Source: the human T2T-CHM13v2.0 reference genome, Homo sapiens
Strand: one strand, 5' to 3'
DNA length: 64,000 nt
Assembly: GCF_009914755.1 (NCBI RefSeq)
Contig: NC_060939.1
The position numbers and the translations under genes were made by a program. Shown piece after piece: positions 30,908 through 44,200 of the stretch. Every line of letters starts with the position of its first letter. The first letter of the stretch is position 1. The notes beneath the pieces are model-generated. The model did not search any database, had not been told where the DNA came from, and saw only the letters and a program-made list of their open reading frames with translations.

Positions 30908-32693
30908 TATTATACCACTATTATAAAAACACTAGTTCCCTTAATCTTACCAATTATTACTACCTTAGCCAACCCCTGCAAAAAAGATTGATACCCATAC
31001 TACGTAAAAATATCTATTGCATGTGTCTTTATTACTAGCCTCATCCCTGTAACAATATACATATTCATAGATCAAGAAATAATTATCTCAAACTGACAGT
31101 AACAATTCAAACTCTTCAACTCCCACTAAGCTTCAAACTAGACTACTTTTCCACAATATTTATCCCAGTGGCACTATTTGTTACCTGATCTATTGTAGAG
31201 TTCTCAATATGATATATAAACTCAGACCCTAATACTAATCAATTTTTCAAATATTTACTCATTTTCCTCACGATAATATTAATTCTAGTTACCACCAATA
31301 ATCTCTTCCAACTTTTTATTGGATGAGAAGGTGTGGGAATTGTGTCTTTTTTACTAATTGGCTGATGATATGGCCGAGCAGATGCTAATACAGCAGCCCT
31401 CCAAATGGTCCTGTATAAACGATTGGCGATATTGGCTTTATTTTAGCTATAGCATGATTCCTCTTATTTTCCAACACATGAGAGCGTCAACAAATATTTA
31501 TTCTAAATCTTACCCCCAATTCCTTTCCACTAATTACTGTTCTCCTGGCAGCAGCAGGAAAGTCAGCTCAATTTGGCCTTCATCCCTGACTTCCTTCCAC
31601 TGTAGAAGGCCCAACCCCAGTTTCAGCCCTACTCCACTCTAGCACTATAGTTGTACAGTTTTTCTACTTATCTGCTTCTACCCTTTAATAGAAAATAATC
31701 TATGAATCCAAACCTTTACATTATGTGTAGGGGCATCACCACATTATTAACAGCAATTTGTGCTCTAACACAAAATGACATCAAAAAAAAAATCGTAGCA
31801 TTCTCCACCTCAAGCCAACTAGGCCTTATAATAGTCACAATTGGTATTAATCACACCTAGCATTTCTTTATATCTGCACCCATGCCTTTTTAAAAGCTAT
31901 ATATGTTCAGGATCCATCATCCATAATCTCAGTGATGAACAAGACATCTGAAAAATAGGAGGACTATTCAAGACTCTACTCCTCACTTCCTCCTCCCTTA
32001 TCATTGGCAGCCTCACACTTACAGGTATGCCTTTCCTCACAGGCTTTTATTCTAAAGACCTCATTATTGAAACTGCAAACACATCATACACCAACGCCTG
32101 AGCCCTTTCTATTACTCTTATCGCAACCTCCCTAACAGCTGTCTATAGTACCCAAATTATTTTCTTCGCTCTGATAGGACAACCTCGCTTCACAACTGAT
32201 TATTATTAACAGAAATAACCCTTTCCTAATTAACCCAATTAAGCACCTAATAATCGGCAGTATCTTCGCTGGATTCCTCATTACCAATAATATTGTTCCC
32301 ACTTCATCCCCCTAAACAACTATGCCACTTCGCCTAAAACTCACAGCCCTAGGTGTGACCACCTTAGGCCTCTTACTAGCAATAGAACTAAATTTTATAA
32401 CTAATAACCTTAAGCTAAAGTATCAATTACAGACTTTTAAATTCTCCAATATACTAGGTTTTTACTCAGCCACCATCCACTGTACAGCTCCCCCAACTCA
32501 AGTCTATTTACAAGCCAAAATCTGGCCTCACTTCTACTAGACATAATTTGATTAGGAAAGTCCATACCAAAAACCATTTCACAAACTCATATAATCAGCC
32601 TCCATTACCATACCTGCCCCAAAAGGCCTAATGAAACTCTATTTCCTCTCCTTTTTTATTTTACCTCTTCTAACTCTAATCTTAATTACCTAA
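30908..32693 (+). pseudogene. MT-ND5 pseudogene
   Basis: [28 protein letters not shown] motif (mitochondrial code); multiple frameshifts. Confidence 0.9.
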
Positions 32694-33185
32694 TCATCAC
32701 CCTGAGTAACTTCAAGTGCAACATAAATACTGACAAATAACGTTCAACCAGCAACTGCCACCAATACCCGTAACTGTATAAAGAAGCTGCACCGACAGAA
32801 TCCTCACGCAACCACCTCGCCCCCTCACCCTCAAATATTATGCAACTCCATATGCTATTAAAATTAATTATAATGACCATCCCATCATACTCAGTCATTC
32901 ACCAAATTAACACCAACTCTGTTAATAATCCTAATAATAAAGCCCCTCAAATGTCAATACTTGACCCTCATGTTTCAGGATACTCCTCAAACAACCATTA
33001 TACCACCCAAATAAATTAAAGACTATTAACCCCACGAAAGTCCCACCAAAATTCAACAGAATACCACAACCCACAGCACCACTAATAATTAACCCTATCC
33101 CCTCCCCATAAATAGGAGACAGTTTCGAAGAAAAACCTGCAAACCCTATAACTAAAAGAATACTTAATAATAAATCATAAGCCAT
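32694..33185 (-). pseudogene. MT-ND6 pseudogene
   Basis: Minus-strand [27 protein letters not shown]. Confidence 0.88.
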
Positions 33186-33254
33186 TATTCCTACATGGAC
33201 TATAACCATGACTAATGGTATGAAAAACCATCATTGTATTTCAACTATAAGAAC
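33186..33254 (-). pseudogene. mt tRNA-Glu pseudogene
   Basis: TATTCCTACATGGACTATAACCATGAC...TTGTATTTCAACTATAAGAAC, located between ND6 and CYTB. Confidence 0.85.
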
Positions 33255-33258
33255 ACTA

Positions 33259-34365
33259 ATGACCAAAATATGCACAACGCACCTGCTAATAAAAATTATT
33301 AGTCATTCATTCATTGATCTTCCCACACCATCCAACATTTCTACATGATGAAACTTTGGCTCACTTATTTGTGCCTGCTTAATTCTCCAAATCACTACCA
33401 GATTATTTCTGGCCATACACTACACATCAGATCCCTTAACTGCCTTCTCTTCAATCACCAATATCAGCCGAGATGTAAACTACGGCTGAATAATTCGTTA
33501 TCTTCGTGCTAACGGCGCTTCAGTATTTTTCACCTGCCTCTTCCTACACATTGGCCAAAGCTTATACTATGGTTCATTTATATTTCTAGAAACCTGAAAT
33601 ATTGGTATTATCCTGCTACTCACGACCATAGCAATAGCATTTATAGGTTACGTACTCCCATGAGGCCAAATCTTCTGAGTTTTTACACACCTATTCTACA
33701 AACCTGCTATCAGCCATTCCGTATATTGGAACTGACCTTGTGCAATGAATCTGAGGTGGATTTTCAGTAGACAAAGCCACCCTTACACGATTTTTTGCCT
33801 TCCATTTTATCTTACCTTTCATCATTGCAGCTTTAGAGACTTTTCACCTTTTGTTCTTACATGAAACAGGATCTAATAACCCTTCAGGGATCTCATCAGA
33901 CCCTGACAAAATCACTTTCCACGCTTACTACACAATCAAAGATATTCTAGGCCTAATTCTCCTCCTCCTCTTCCTAATAATTCTAGTACTATTTTCACCT
34001 GATCTCCTGAGCTACCCAGATAATTACACTTTAGCCAACCCCCTCAATACCTCGCCCCACATTAAACCAGAGTAATACTTTTTATTTGCATATGCAATCT
34101 TATGATCCATCCCTAATAAACTAGGAGGTGTACTGGCCCTTATATCTTCCATTCTTATTCTAGCAGTTATTTCTATACCTCACATGTCTAAACAGCAAAG
34201 CATAGTATTCCATCCACTAGTCTCACACTCATATGAATCGGAGGGCAGCCAATCAGCTACCCTTTTATTATCATCAGACAAACAGCATCCATTATGCACT
34301 TCTCAACTATCTTCACCTTACACCAATTACCGCCCTAATTGAAAACAAATTACTCAAATGAAACT
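33259..34365 (+). pseudogene. MT-CYB pseudogene
   Basis: IDLPTPSNISTWWNFGS and [10 protein letters not shown] motifs; PEWY motif disabled (TAA at 34073-34075). Confidence 0.92.
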
Positions 34366-34432
34366 GCCCTTGTAGTATAACTCAATGCTCCGGTCTTGTA
34401 AACCAGAAATGGGGAATTCCCTCTCCAGGACA
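34366..34432 (+). pseudogene. mt tRNA-Thr pseudogene
   Basis: GCCCTTGTAGTATAA...GGTCTTGTAAACC, TGT anticodon. Confidence 0.85.
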
Positions 34433-34434
34433 AC

Positions 34435-34501
34435 TCAGGGAAAAAGCACTTCTGCTTCACTGTCAACACCCAAGCTGAAATTCTAATTAAACTACTCCTT
34501 G
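34435..34501 (-). pseudogene. mt tRNA-Pro pseudogene
   Basis: TCAGGGAAAAAG...CACCCAAGCTGAAATTCTAATTAAACTACTCCTTG. Confidence 0.8.
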
Positions 34502-34872
34502 TACGTTTTTCAGCACACACTTTAACTGCTATGTCAGTATTAACGAACTAATACTAATACATTAGTGCTTTTATATACTTCATGCATTACTGTTAATCCC
34601 ATGAATAATATATTGCACTATAATTGTTTAATCATATATAGTACATTAATACATTAAAGTACATCAAGAATATAATCTGCATACATATAACCACGTATTA
34701 ACAATCCCCCAATCAACTATAACACATTCACCGTATCAACTGTACAACTCAAACTAAGCCAACACGAATATCAACCCATACTAAAAATCCTTAACATTAC
34801 ATAGTACATTAAATCATTCATCGAACATAGCGCATTTCAGTCAAGAAACTCCTTGTCAACATGGACATAACC
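34502..34872 (+). other. Fossil mitochondrial control region, 5' (TAS/HVS1) part
   Basis: Repeated TACAT/GTACATTAA TAS-like motifs; ACATAGCGCATTTCAGTCAA resembles the start of the central domain. Confidence 0.8.
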
Positions 34873-35200
34873 TCGCAGCCCAGTAACCACAGACTGGGCA
34901 GGAAAACTGCAATCCCCTGTAAATAGCATGCAGTTTATATAGCATTTTCACTTAACACCCTCCTCTTAATGACTTTCACCTGGCAACCTTCATTTAACTC
35001 AAAACTCAGGGCCTCATTCCCCTGTACAGCCCATGTTGCATGGATCTGGCCAGGGTTCAGATGTTTATCATAGACAGGGAACAAATCTCTAGGTTGGCCA
35101 CTTCCAGATTCCCTAGCTCAGAACATTCAGGTGCGTCTGCCATACAGGATCTGGCTAAGGGTAGGCTTAAGTTATTGCTATCAGGTGCGCTTACCCTACA
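34873..35200 (-). mobile_element. Truncated ERV LTR (LTR47-like, ERVL class), U3 part only, abutting the NUMT
   Basis: Minus strand begins TGTAGGGTAAGCGCACCTGATAGCAATAACTTAAGC; TATATAAA at 34941-34934; no AATAAA or CA end before the NUMT junction. Subfamily name from memory. Confidence 0.65.
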
Positions 35201-36619
35201 TATGTCCTCAGGAAAATTACTTAATTTCTTTGTCCAAAGGTTTCCTTAGATGGAAACAGGAGCACTTTCCTCCTCCTAAAGGGGATTAAATGAGAATATA
35301 CATATCACATATATACGTGTGTACAAACACACATATATATGTGCATATATACACACAAATCTGTTGATTTAAAATGTGTTGCCACAGATGCTCTTTTAAT
35401 GCTTACTTCTGTTTTTATAAATATTTGCATCATTTAATGACAAAATATCTACTTGAGGATATTTTTGATTAATAATTTAAATGTGTTCCTTTCCTATATC
35501 CAAGAAGACCTGCAGCAGGGTACAAGGTAAAGCAGTCACACAGAACTCATGTTCTTGGGTCATGTTGCTGCTGTCCACATAGTACGGAGCAAATGTGCTC
35601 TGAACTGGCACCACTGGATTTGCTTCCCAGAAAAGTCTTTGAAAGAACAATAATGAATACATACCATCTGGGTGAGACTTGGAGGTATTGGGGCATTTTA
35701 GAATGTCCACCTGGCTTACTTTTTTGACTTTAGCTAAATAAAATGTAATAAAGGGGGCAGGTGGGAGTTGGGGGAACTGTTCAACTCCCTGGTTAGTGCC
35801 CCCAAATGCTGACCAGTGCCACAGAAACCCATGTGGCTGTTGGGTGTGGCTCATCCGTGTGGAAAAGGCCCCTTCTAGGCCCATACTCACTTCCAGTGTT
35901 AGGCATGTTTAATCAGCGTTAGCGGGGAGTGTGCATTGATAACCACAAAATTGGAAGACACTATGAGGAGAGGAGTGTGTGAGAGAGAACAAGAGAGGAA
36001 AGGGTTTAACTCTACCTTTCACTCTAGTTTTCTACCGGTGGGTGCTTGATCATCTAACGGAAGTTGTCTGTGCAAGGGGAGCTAGAAATCAAGTGAGCAG
36101 AAAATCGATTTTGCATAAATTGAAAAAGCTGGAGATAATCACCAAAATATCTCAGTCATCTCTGAGAAAGGAAGGGAAATTGGAGCTGAAAAGGATTTTC
36201 ATTTCTAGGTCCCTGAGAAGCTTTGATGACAAGGCACAAGTGTTGTATATTTTCTGAACTAGGGTGACCATACTTATTGTTACCAGAAAAGCACTTGTCC
36301 TGGTAAAGACCAGGAACTATAAGGAGACAAATAGCTTCATCCTCAGCCCTTTCTCTTTGGACTGACACATCTGGTTTACAAATGAGGCCATTTATACTGG
36401 ATAGATTGGGAACAGATGGCTGCTACCTGGGGTCTTCAAGTCCTCACCTTCCCAGACAGCCCTTTGCTTTTCAACATGCAGATAGAAAAACCGATGCCCC
36501 TATTCCACATCCTATGGAAAACCTAGTATCCTCCCTGAAGATTTCCATGGATTCTTGGGGGCATTGGTTGCATCTGATGACCTCTTGTTCCATCCAGTGT
36601 GTGACGGCTAAAAGTTCGG

Positions 36620-36870
36620 GCCTCTGACTAAAACAGACCTGTGATCAAATCCTGGTTCTCTCTCCTTACAGTGATGTAAAATTAGGCAATTTGCTTTGAT
36701 CTTTCTCAGCCTCAATTTGCTCATCCATGAGATGGAGATAATACTACTTACCTCCCAGAATGTTATAACTGTTAAGTTAATAATGGGATAGTGATAAGGG
36801 AATACAAGTAAAGCACTTAGCATGCAACCTGGCACAAAGAATGAACTAAATAGAGGGTAGCTGGTATTCC
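36620..36870 (+). mobile_element. MIR
   Basis: CTCAGCCTCAATTTGCTCATCCATGAGATGGAGATAATA core followed by AAAGCACTTAGCATGCAACCTGGCACA. Confidence 0.7.
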
Positions 36871-37671
36871 TTTATTCACACTACCCTAAACAGATGAGTC
36901 AAGATGGTAAATTTTTTGTACAGTATTTATTCCAAAGCGCATGACAATCTTTCCCAAGGAGATCCTTTTAACTTTAAAAATTTTCAAGAACTCTATACAC
37001 TACAACATTCTTTTAGTATTCATTAATTCTGAAAATACAAGATCACAAAAGGTAGATAGAAGACATGTTATTTTTTCCATTTTTGGACAATGTTTGATGC
37101 ACACAAGGAATCACAGACCTCTTGCGGTAATTCTAAGGTTCCCTGGTGGTCCCTGGCCCCAGGTTGCCTGCATTCACAAACACTTCACTACGGAATTCCT
37201 AAACTTCATTAACTACTGCTTTTCTGAAAGGGCTCAGTTCTTACATACTCACCGAACAAATATTTATTGAGTGTCTGTTATGCACCACATATTCTGCTAG
37301 GACTATCTTGTTTTACACTTTAAAGGACATAATAAATATAAAAGAGATTTGAGCAGGGTTACGTGCAATAAAACCTGTGGGCTGATTATTCCCTCTCTCC
37401 GTTCCCGGCATTTCAGCTTGTGATAATCACTTCACCATGTCGGGTTTTACATTGTGTCCAATAAACAGCTTGTCACAGGGGTCATGGCTCAGTTGAGAAC
37501 TGCCCAGCAGTCCCACTTGGTATTTCTTAGAAATTATACCTCCCACTTTTCACATTTCATATCCTACCCCCAAATTAAGTTGGGTTTTTTTTTTAGTAAG
37601 ATTCCCGTCTATTTATCATTTCCACATTGTTTAAAGGAGGATTATTCAGGGTAGTTTTGCTTCCTGCGCTT

Positions 37672-38722
37672 CTTTTTTTATTCATACATAACAGATGTAC
37701 ATATTTTGGGGGTACATGGGACATTTTAACACATTCATATAATGTATAAAAATCAAATCAGTGTGATTGGGTGATCCATTGCCTTAAATATTTGTCTTTT
37801 CATTCTGCTAGGAATATTCAAATTATTTTCTTCTGGTGACTTTGAAATATACAATACATTATTGTTAACTATAGTCATGTTACTGATCTTTCAAGCACTA
37901 GGTCTTATTTCTTCTATCAAACTGTATATTTTTACCTATTAATCAACCTTTCTTCTTTCCTCCGCCCTTTCTTGACCTCTAGTAACTACCCATCTACTCT
38001 CTGCCTTCATGAGATCCACTTTTTTAGCTCTCACATAAAAGTGAGAACATTTGATGTCTGTCTTTCTATGCCTGGCTTATTTCACTTAACATAATGACCT
38101 CCAGTTCCATTCACATTGCTACAAATGACAGGATTTCATTCTTCTTTATGGTTGAATAATGTTTCATTGCGTATATATGCCACATTTTCTTTATCCATTA
38201 ATCTGGTTTGTGGGCATTTAGGTTGATTCCATATTTTGGCTATTGTGAATAGTGCTGCAGTAAACATGAGAGTGCAGACAGCTCTTCAACATATTGATTT
38301 TATTTCTTTTGGATACATGCCCAGTATTGAAACTGCTGAATCGTATGGCAGTCCTGTTTTTAGTTTTCTTAGGAACCTCCACACTATTTTCCATAGTGGC
38401 TGTATTAGTTTACATTCCTAACAACAGCGTATAAGTGTTCCTCTTTCTCCACATCCATTATTCCCTTTTTGATAAAAGCTGTTTTAACTGGGGTGAGACG
38501 CTATCTCATTGTGGTTTTGATTCGCATTTCTCTGATAGTTAATGATGCTTGAGCATTTTTTTTTTTCATATGCCTGTTGGCCACTTTCTGTCTTCTGAGA
38601 AATGACTACTCAGATCTTTTGCCCGCTTTAAAATCAGATTATTTGGATTTTGTTTGTTTGTTTGCTATTGAGTTGTTTGAGCTCCTTATATATTATGGTT
38701 ATCAATCCCTTATCAGATGGAT
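37672..38722 (-). mobile_element. L1MA-type 3' end fragment
   Basis: Typical antisense L1MA 3'UTR/ORF2 end (GGCTTATTTCACTTAACATAATGACCTCCAGTTCC; GCTATTGTGAATAGTGCTGCAGTAAACATG). Confidence 0.8.
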
Positions 38723-40984
38723 AGGCCAAACTAAATTTTTTATCTTTTCCTGCTTTTTCTTGAAGGCAGAGAAATGGGGTTTCTTTTGTGCCCTTGCTTA
38801 AGTTTAGATATTTTAATATCTTTCATCAAATATTATTATTTAAGCATGGAATATAAAGAATTAGGGTAATCACTCTGTGGTTCTCCCCATGTATACATGT
38901 TAAATAAATTTGTATGGTTTTCCTCCAATTAACCTGAAAAAAAAAAAGTACTTCCCTGGTGGACATTATAGTTTTTGGGGGTGGGGGGTCGGTGCCACAA
39001 GACAAGGTGGCAGGTATATAATAAAATGGCAATGTGCAGACGTGATAGAGTAGGCACAGAAAGCCAATGAGGGCTTTTGTTGTCAGAGAAAGTCCTATAG
39101 AGAAAGCAGGATTTCAGCTCATCATTAAGAATAGATTGGGTTTAGTTGGGGAAGGTGCAAGGAAAGGGTGTTTCTTCTGAAAGGTGCAGCATAGCAGATG
39201 TGCAGGGATGAAAATAAGTGTCATCAGCTCAAAGGGCTCCAAGTGACTAGGATGTCAGCATGGCTGATGCAGAAGATCTGTGCTAAAGAATACTGGAAAG
39301 GAAGGTGGCTGGGAATCATGAGGTAAGGCAATGGAGAGCCCTGAGGACCAGCTTGAGGACTCTGGGCTGACATTTCCTGAGCAATGGGGAGGTGGTGTGT
39401 GGTGCTTCATCTGGCATGGTCTCTGGATGGGGAGAGACTGGAGGTGGGGACACTGATTGGAGGCTGCAGATGAAGGCTCTGCAAGATATGGGAATGACAG
39501 ACTATGGGTGGCCAAGGGAGAGAAGGGGAAGGAATAACAGGTATTAATAATTCCAGAATGTTTGCTCTGGGTAATCGGGAATGACTGGAGGAGTTCCCAC
39601 CAATTAAAGTTTTGTAGGAATTCTGCCTTTCAAATGTCTTTCTTCCTTTTCCAATGAAAGTCTTTTCCTTCTTCCATGTATGGAACCTGATAGTAAAAAA
39701 AGCATTTATCTTTCTATTTTCTAGCATTGCTTTCCTACAAAAAGCACTAAAATCCTGCCAATTATGAAATGGCCCATCTTCAGAGAGTAATCATAAATAG
39801 TCAAAACAACTTGAAGATCTTATCAGCTTCCCGCTTTCCCTCTCTCACCAAAATTAAACCCCATGACTAGCAATGAAACAGCAAGTATTTCAACTAGATG
39901 TATTTGTTATAGATGTCTTTTCTCCTCTGTTTTTATTGCCAGGCAGCAAGTTAGCAGTTAAGTCCATGGGTCTGTTTTCTTAACCTATTCACCCTGAACT
40001 GGAATTTTTGAGTTTATACTAAAAACAATAATATCCTACCCTTATTATTTCTCTTTGTTGTTTAAATATTGCCTTCATTAATGTTATCTCATTTGATTCT
40101 TTATCAAAAAGCCATATGATTCAAATCTGGCACATATCATTATTCCCCTTTAATATATGAGCAAGCTGAGAATGAGAAATAATATGTTCATTTACATTGC
40201 CAACAAGTGTCATCCCTGGAAATAATGTCTAGGATCTGTTATTCAATTACACCCAATATACTAGAAGCTGTTACAGAGAAAAAAAAAGTTCAACATATTA
40301 TCTTGAAAATCTTCTTATAAAATTGAGAAAATCAGGCATAAATATGTAAACAGTTAAATAACATTCCATGGCTAAGTGTCCCACCAGATGGCAATAGAAG
40401 CCATGAGTCAGAAGGTACAGGGTTAATTACCGTGTCATAATGTGATACACAAATATGGGAAGACTGTGTTCATTTCTGGGCTCTGTGTTTTAAGAGGGAC
40501 ACTGACAACGTAGAGCTTACCCAGGTGAGACTCACTGGGAGTCCGAGGAGACGCAGAGATCAAAGATGAAGGGACAAGTGTCCAAACGAAGAGAGAACCC
40601 CGGGAGGGCATTATGCCCCTCCACTTATTGCAATGCCTGGTATGTGAAAGGCTTATTCTCCTTGGTCCCAACAGTATGCCTGTGGCTAATGAACAGAAAT
40701 TACAGGAAGGAAGCCTCCAACTTCATGTAAGGAAGGATGCTCCAACCACAGGAACAATGAAAAGTATACAGAACAAGCTGCCTAATGTGGTAATGAGCTC
40801 CCTATCCTTAAAGGTGATCCATTATGGGTTAGGTGAACACCTATTTAGGATGTTGTAGGGAGAATGCCTGTATCACATGCCTTCTGCGTGCTGTCAAGTT
40901 CAGAACCAGCAAAATGGTATAACTGAGAGATGGCATGGTGCAGGGTTTAAGAGCACAGTCTCTAGATCCTATATGATGCTCAGT

Positions 40985-41284
40985 CTTGGAACTCAGCAAC
41001 CATATTGTAAAGAAGCCAGGCCCCACGGAGAAGCCATTTGTAAGCCCCAGCTAAGGTATCAGAGGACAGTCAACATCAACCGTGAGATGCATGAATATGC
41101 AAGCTTTCAGATAATTCCAGTGTTCCACTTTTCGAGCCACTCCATTTGATACCAAGTAGAGCAGGGATGACGTGCCACCCCAAACCCTGCCCAAATTGCT
41201 GATTCATAATCAAAATAAATGCTATCATTTAAAGCCACTAAGTTTGGGGGTGGTGAATTCTTCAGTGCTGGATAACTGAAATAC
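40985..41284 (+). mobile_element. MLT1 (MaLR) LTR fragment
   Basis: AAACCCTGCCCAAATTGC...AAAATAAATGC...TTTAAAGCCACTAAGTTTGGGG...GATAACTGAAATACA end. Confidence 0.7.
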
Positions 41285-44200
41285 AAAGTTTGTGTGATAC
41301 TCAGAGTTACCATTGGTCTTCACATCCATTAATAGGTGGTGCTGAGTCAACTAGAAGGTGGTGTTATGTGCAGAAAGGCAGTTGGGTGGGTTGTGCCGAT
41401 GAGAGAAGAGAAGGCTTGGTGAAGCTATTGAGAGAACATGAATAAAAGATTAATGAGGAACTTTGAAGACACAGTGAAGGACACAGTGAAGGCTAGATCT
41501 TCATTGTGTCCATGGTTTTGTCATTCCCTCCATCTCCTATATGGTTTTGTGACTTTTCTAATTCTTCTTGAGGAGGCAGCTAGATTGAGCAAGTGCTAGG
41601 TCCTGTCAAGAAGGTAGAAGAAATCTTAAAAGTCTGTAGGCCTGCAGAGGAGGAGTGCGTGGTGGACTTCAGAAGCAGAACACCCAAGGGGACAGAATAA
41701 AATCAAAGAGACTCACATATTACAGACCATGATACATTAGAACATCCACAATGTTAATATGGAAAGGAACCCAAGAGATTGTTTTCTAGATAATGAAATC
41801 AAGATTATGCACTTGGAAGGTAAATAAGTACTTATTGTAGAGTACAAACGCTACAATTGAACTTCAGGGGAGAAATATTAGGTTTGTTGAGAAGAATCTG
41901 AATGGACGACAGACCTAAAAATGCTTTCTAGATAGGGAGACCAGGAAAATCAAGATAGGGTGGATATGATAACGGGCTGTTTTTGAGTCTAAGAAGGGAA
42001 AGGTACGGCAGTTCTTGAAGGTGAGATCAGGGAATCACGATGGAACTTTGTATCATCAATACCATAAAAAACAGTTCTCTCATTTTTGGAGGAAAAAAAA
42101 TACACTGAACACACAGAAGGAGAGAACCAGAGTGGGTGGCCAGATCTCCAGCAAGCAGCCCATGATATATTAGAATGCCAATGGTCTGCTGTCCCGGTGC
42201 TCTGAATACAGGCAAGAGGAGGCAGGCAAGGGAACAAACCAGGAGGCAGTTACCTGGCTTCCTCGTTGCTTTTCAGGCTACAATAAAACATTTCTAAATT
42301 AAGATGTAATGCTGGAAATCTGGGCTCCAATCTTCTGAGTGGCGATTCTGATGAGGGTAACTGAAGTCCCCACATTGCTCATCACTCCTCCTATTTCCTG
42401 CAGCACACAGCATTGATTATCCTCCTAAGAAAAGCCATTTCAGCATCTAGAGTGGAAGAGGGGAGTATTAATCATAGTGAAATTTGACAAGGCAGAAGCC
42501 TCCACGGACCCACTTGAGCCATTTAAAGCTTTTATGTGCCCTCTAGACTGGAACAAGTGCATGTACATCAGGACCATAAAAGAGGGGAGACGCTTATTTA
42601 GAAAGCATTAATAGCTCAGGACTGGCCTCTCTCTTTTGCGTCTCTTCTTAGCCCTGGTTGTCTAAGTCAAGTCATTTCAGCTGTCAGTATTGTTTTATTC
42701 CTCATTTTAGGAGATACTACTAAAATGTCAGTTCACCTGGAAGTTGTGCCCAGAGCATTTAATTGGATTTACATTAAAATGAAAGAAATATGCCAATGTG
42801 GTTTTAATTCCAACAGTTATTATAATAGATAAGGATTCTAGAAAAAATAATGTCAAGTCTAGGTGAAATTGTTAGGCTATAAAATGGACTCAGGGGATTT
42901 TTTTGAAAAGAGAAAGGGGACATGTTCCTGCTGTAACTGTATTTAACATTCAGCGTAGGGTACAAAGCTCTCCACCTTTTCTCTGCTTGCTAAGACAAGT
43001 GGATGTATCTTAGAACTGGGGACTAGAAGGGACATGAAAGCATCATCTACGTAATTTCTCTGCTGTCAGAGAAATCATTCTATGTGTATTAAATATCTCT
43101 TGTTTGTAACTTATTCTCCTCTAAAGGACCTCACAAATGAGCCCTGAGGGAGCTGTTTAGAATTAATTCATCACAATAAAAAAATTGTCTTTGTGCAACC
43201 TTTCATATTTTAGTTTTAGACTCTTCCATTTTCAGCTCTATATGAAAAGACACAATAGTAGGTTATTATCTTCCTGATAAAAAGCCTTCACATTGTTAAT
43301 CTCTTTTTCCAAAAATATATTTGTTTCTGAAATATTTCCTCATATGCTCTCTTTTCCTGCCCCTAAATAGTATGTATTGCTCAATGCCAAGCCCTCCCTC
43401 AAGTTAATTGCTCTTTTTTAGTTATAAAACCCCAACTGGAGTCCATCTAATCATCTAATAATTCCTATACTTATGCCTCCAGGGCCACACTAGCTTTTTA
43501 AACTACAGCATGGTGAAAGCTGGTGGTCATTTGCTGTCTCATTTTCCTACCAAACTTGTATGAAATTGTTCTGTCTTTCCCAAGAACCGTCCTTCACCAA
43601 GTATTTCTTCAATGGACTGTGATTAAATGGTTTTAACTGATTATTCAATGAATATGTGGGGCCCATTTTTTAAAAAAAATTAGAAAACAGATGGGTTTTA
43701 AAAAAGAGAGGATATACTATGAAAAGTTCTCTTCCAATCTCTGTCCCAGTCATGTGCTCCCCCAACCCATTAGGGTCTAACCCCATTTCTGCTGCTTGTG
43801 TATTCATGGAGAGAGATCATGTACATAAAAAGAAATGCATGTAATGTATTTAATACAATTGGCAGCACGTTTTAGCACTGCTCTGCATCTTCTTTTATTT
43901 TAATAATATACCTTGGGGGTCTTTCCACTTTGGTATACATGGATCTCCTTTATTCTATTTTTTTGTTTGTTTGTTTCTATTTTTTTCAGTAGACTAGCAG
44001 TCTACTGACTGGATGTACCATCATATATTTATTGCAAACCTTTCTCAATATGGATTTCATTCTCCAAAATATCCTCTACCAGCTGAAGATTGTGGAAGAC
44101 TCACTATCATACTTCACTGTGCAACTGTTTGCAGAATGCTTACTATCAGCACAGCACTGGGCTTGGTGCCAGAGGGAATACAAGAAGCAGTGAGTTTGGC

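Larger units (their letters stand above)
28509..34872 (+). pseudogene. NUMT, ~6.4 kb: COX3(3')-trnG-ND3-trnR-ND4L-ND4-trnH-trnS(partial)-ND5-ND6-trnE-CYTB-trnT-trnP-D-loop
   Basis: Vertebrate mtDNA gene order preserved with recognisable proteins and tRNAs; many frameshifts, stops and deletions. Confidence 0.97.

Noticed and set aside
29307-34075. ORFs resembling ND4L, ND4, ND5, ND6 and CYTB as functional genes or mtDNA contamination
   Set aside because: Frameshifts, deletions and stops even in the mitochondrial code; divergent and contiguous with nuclear flanks
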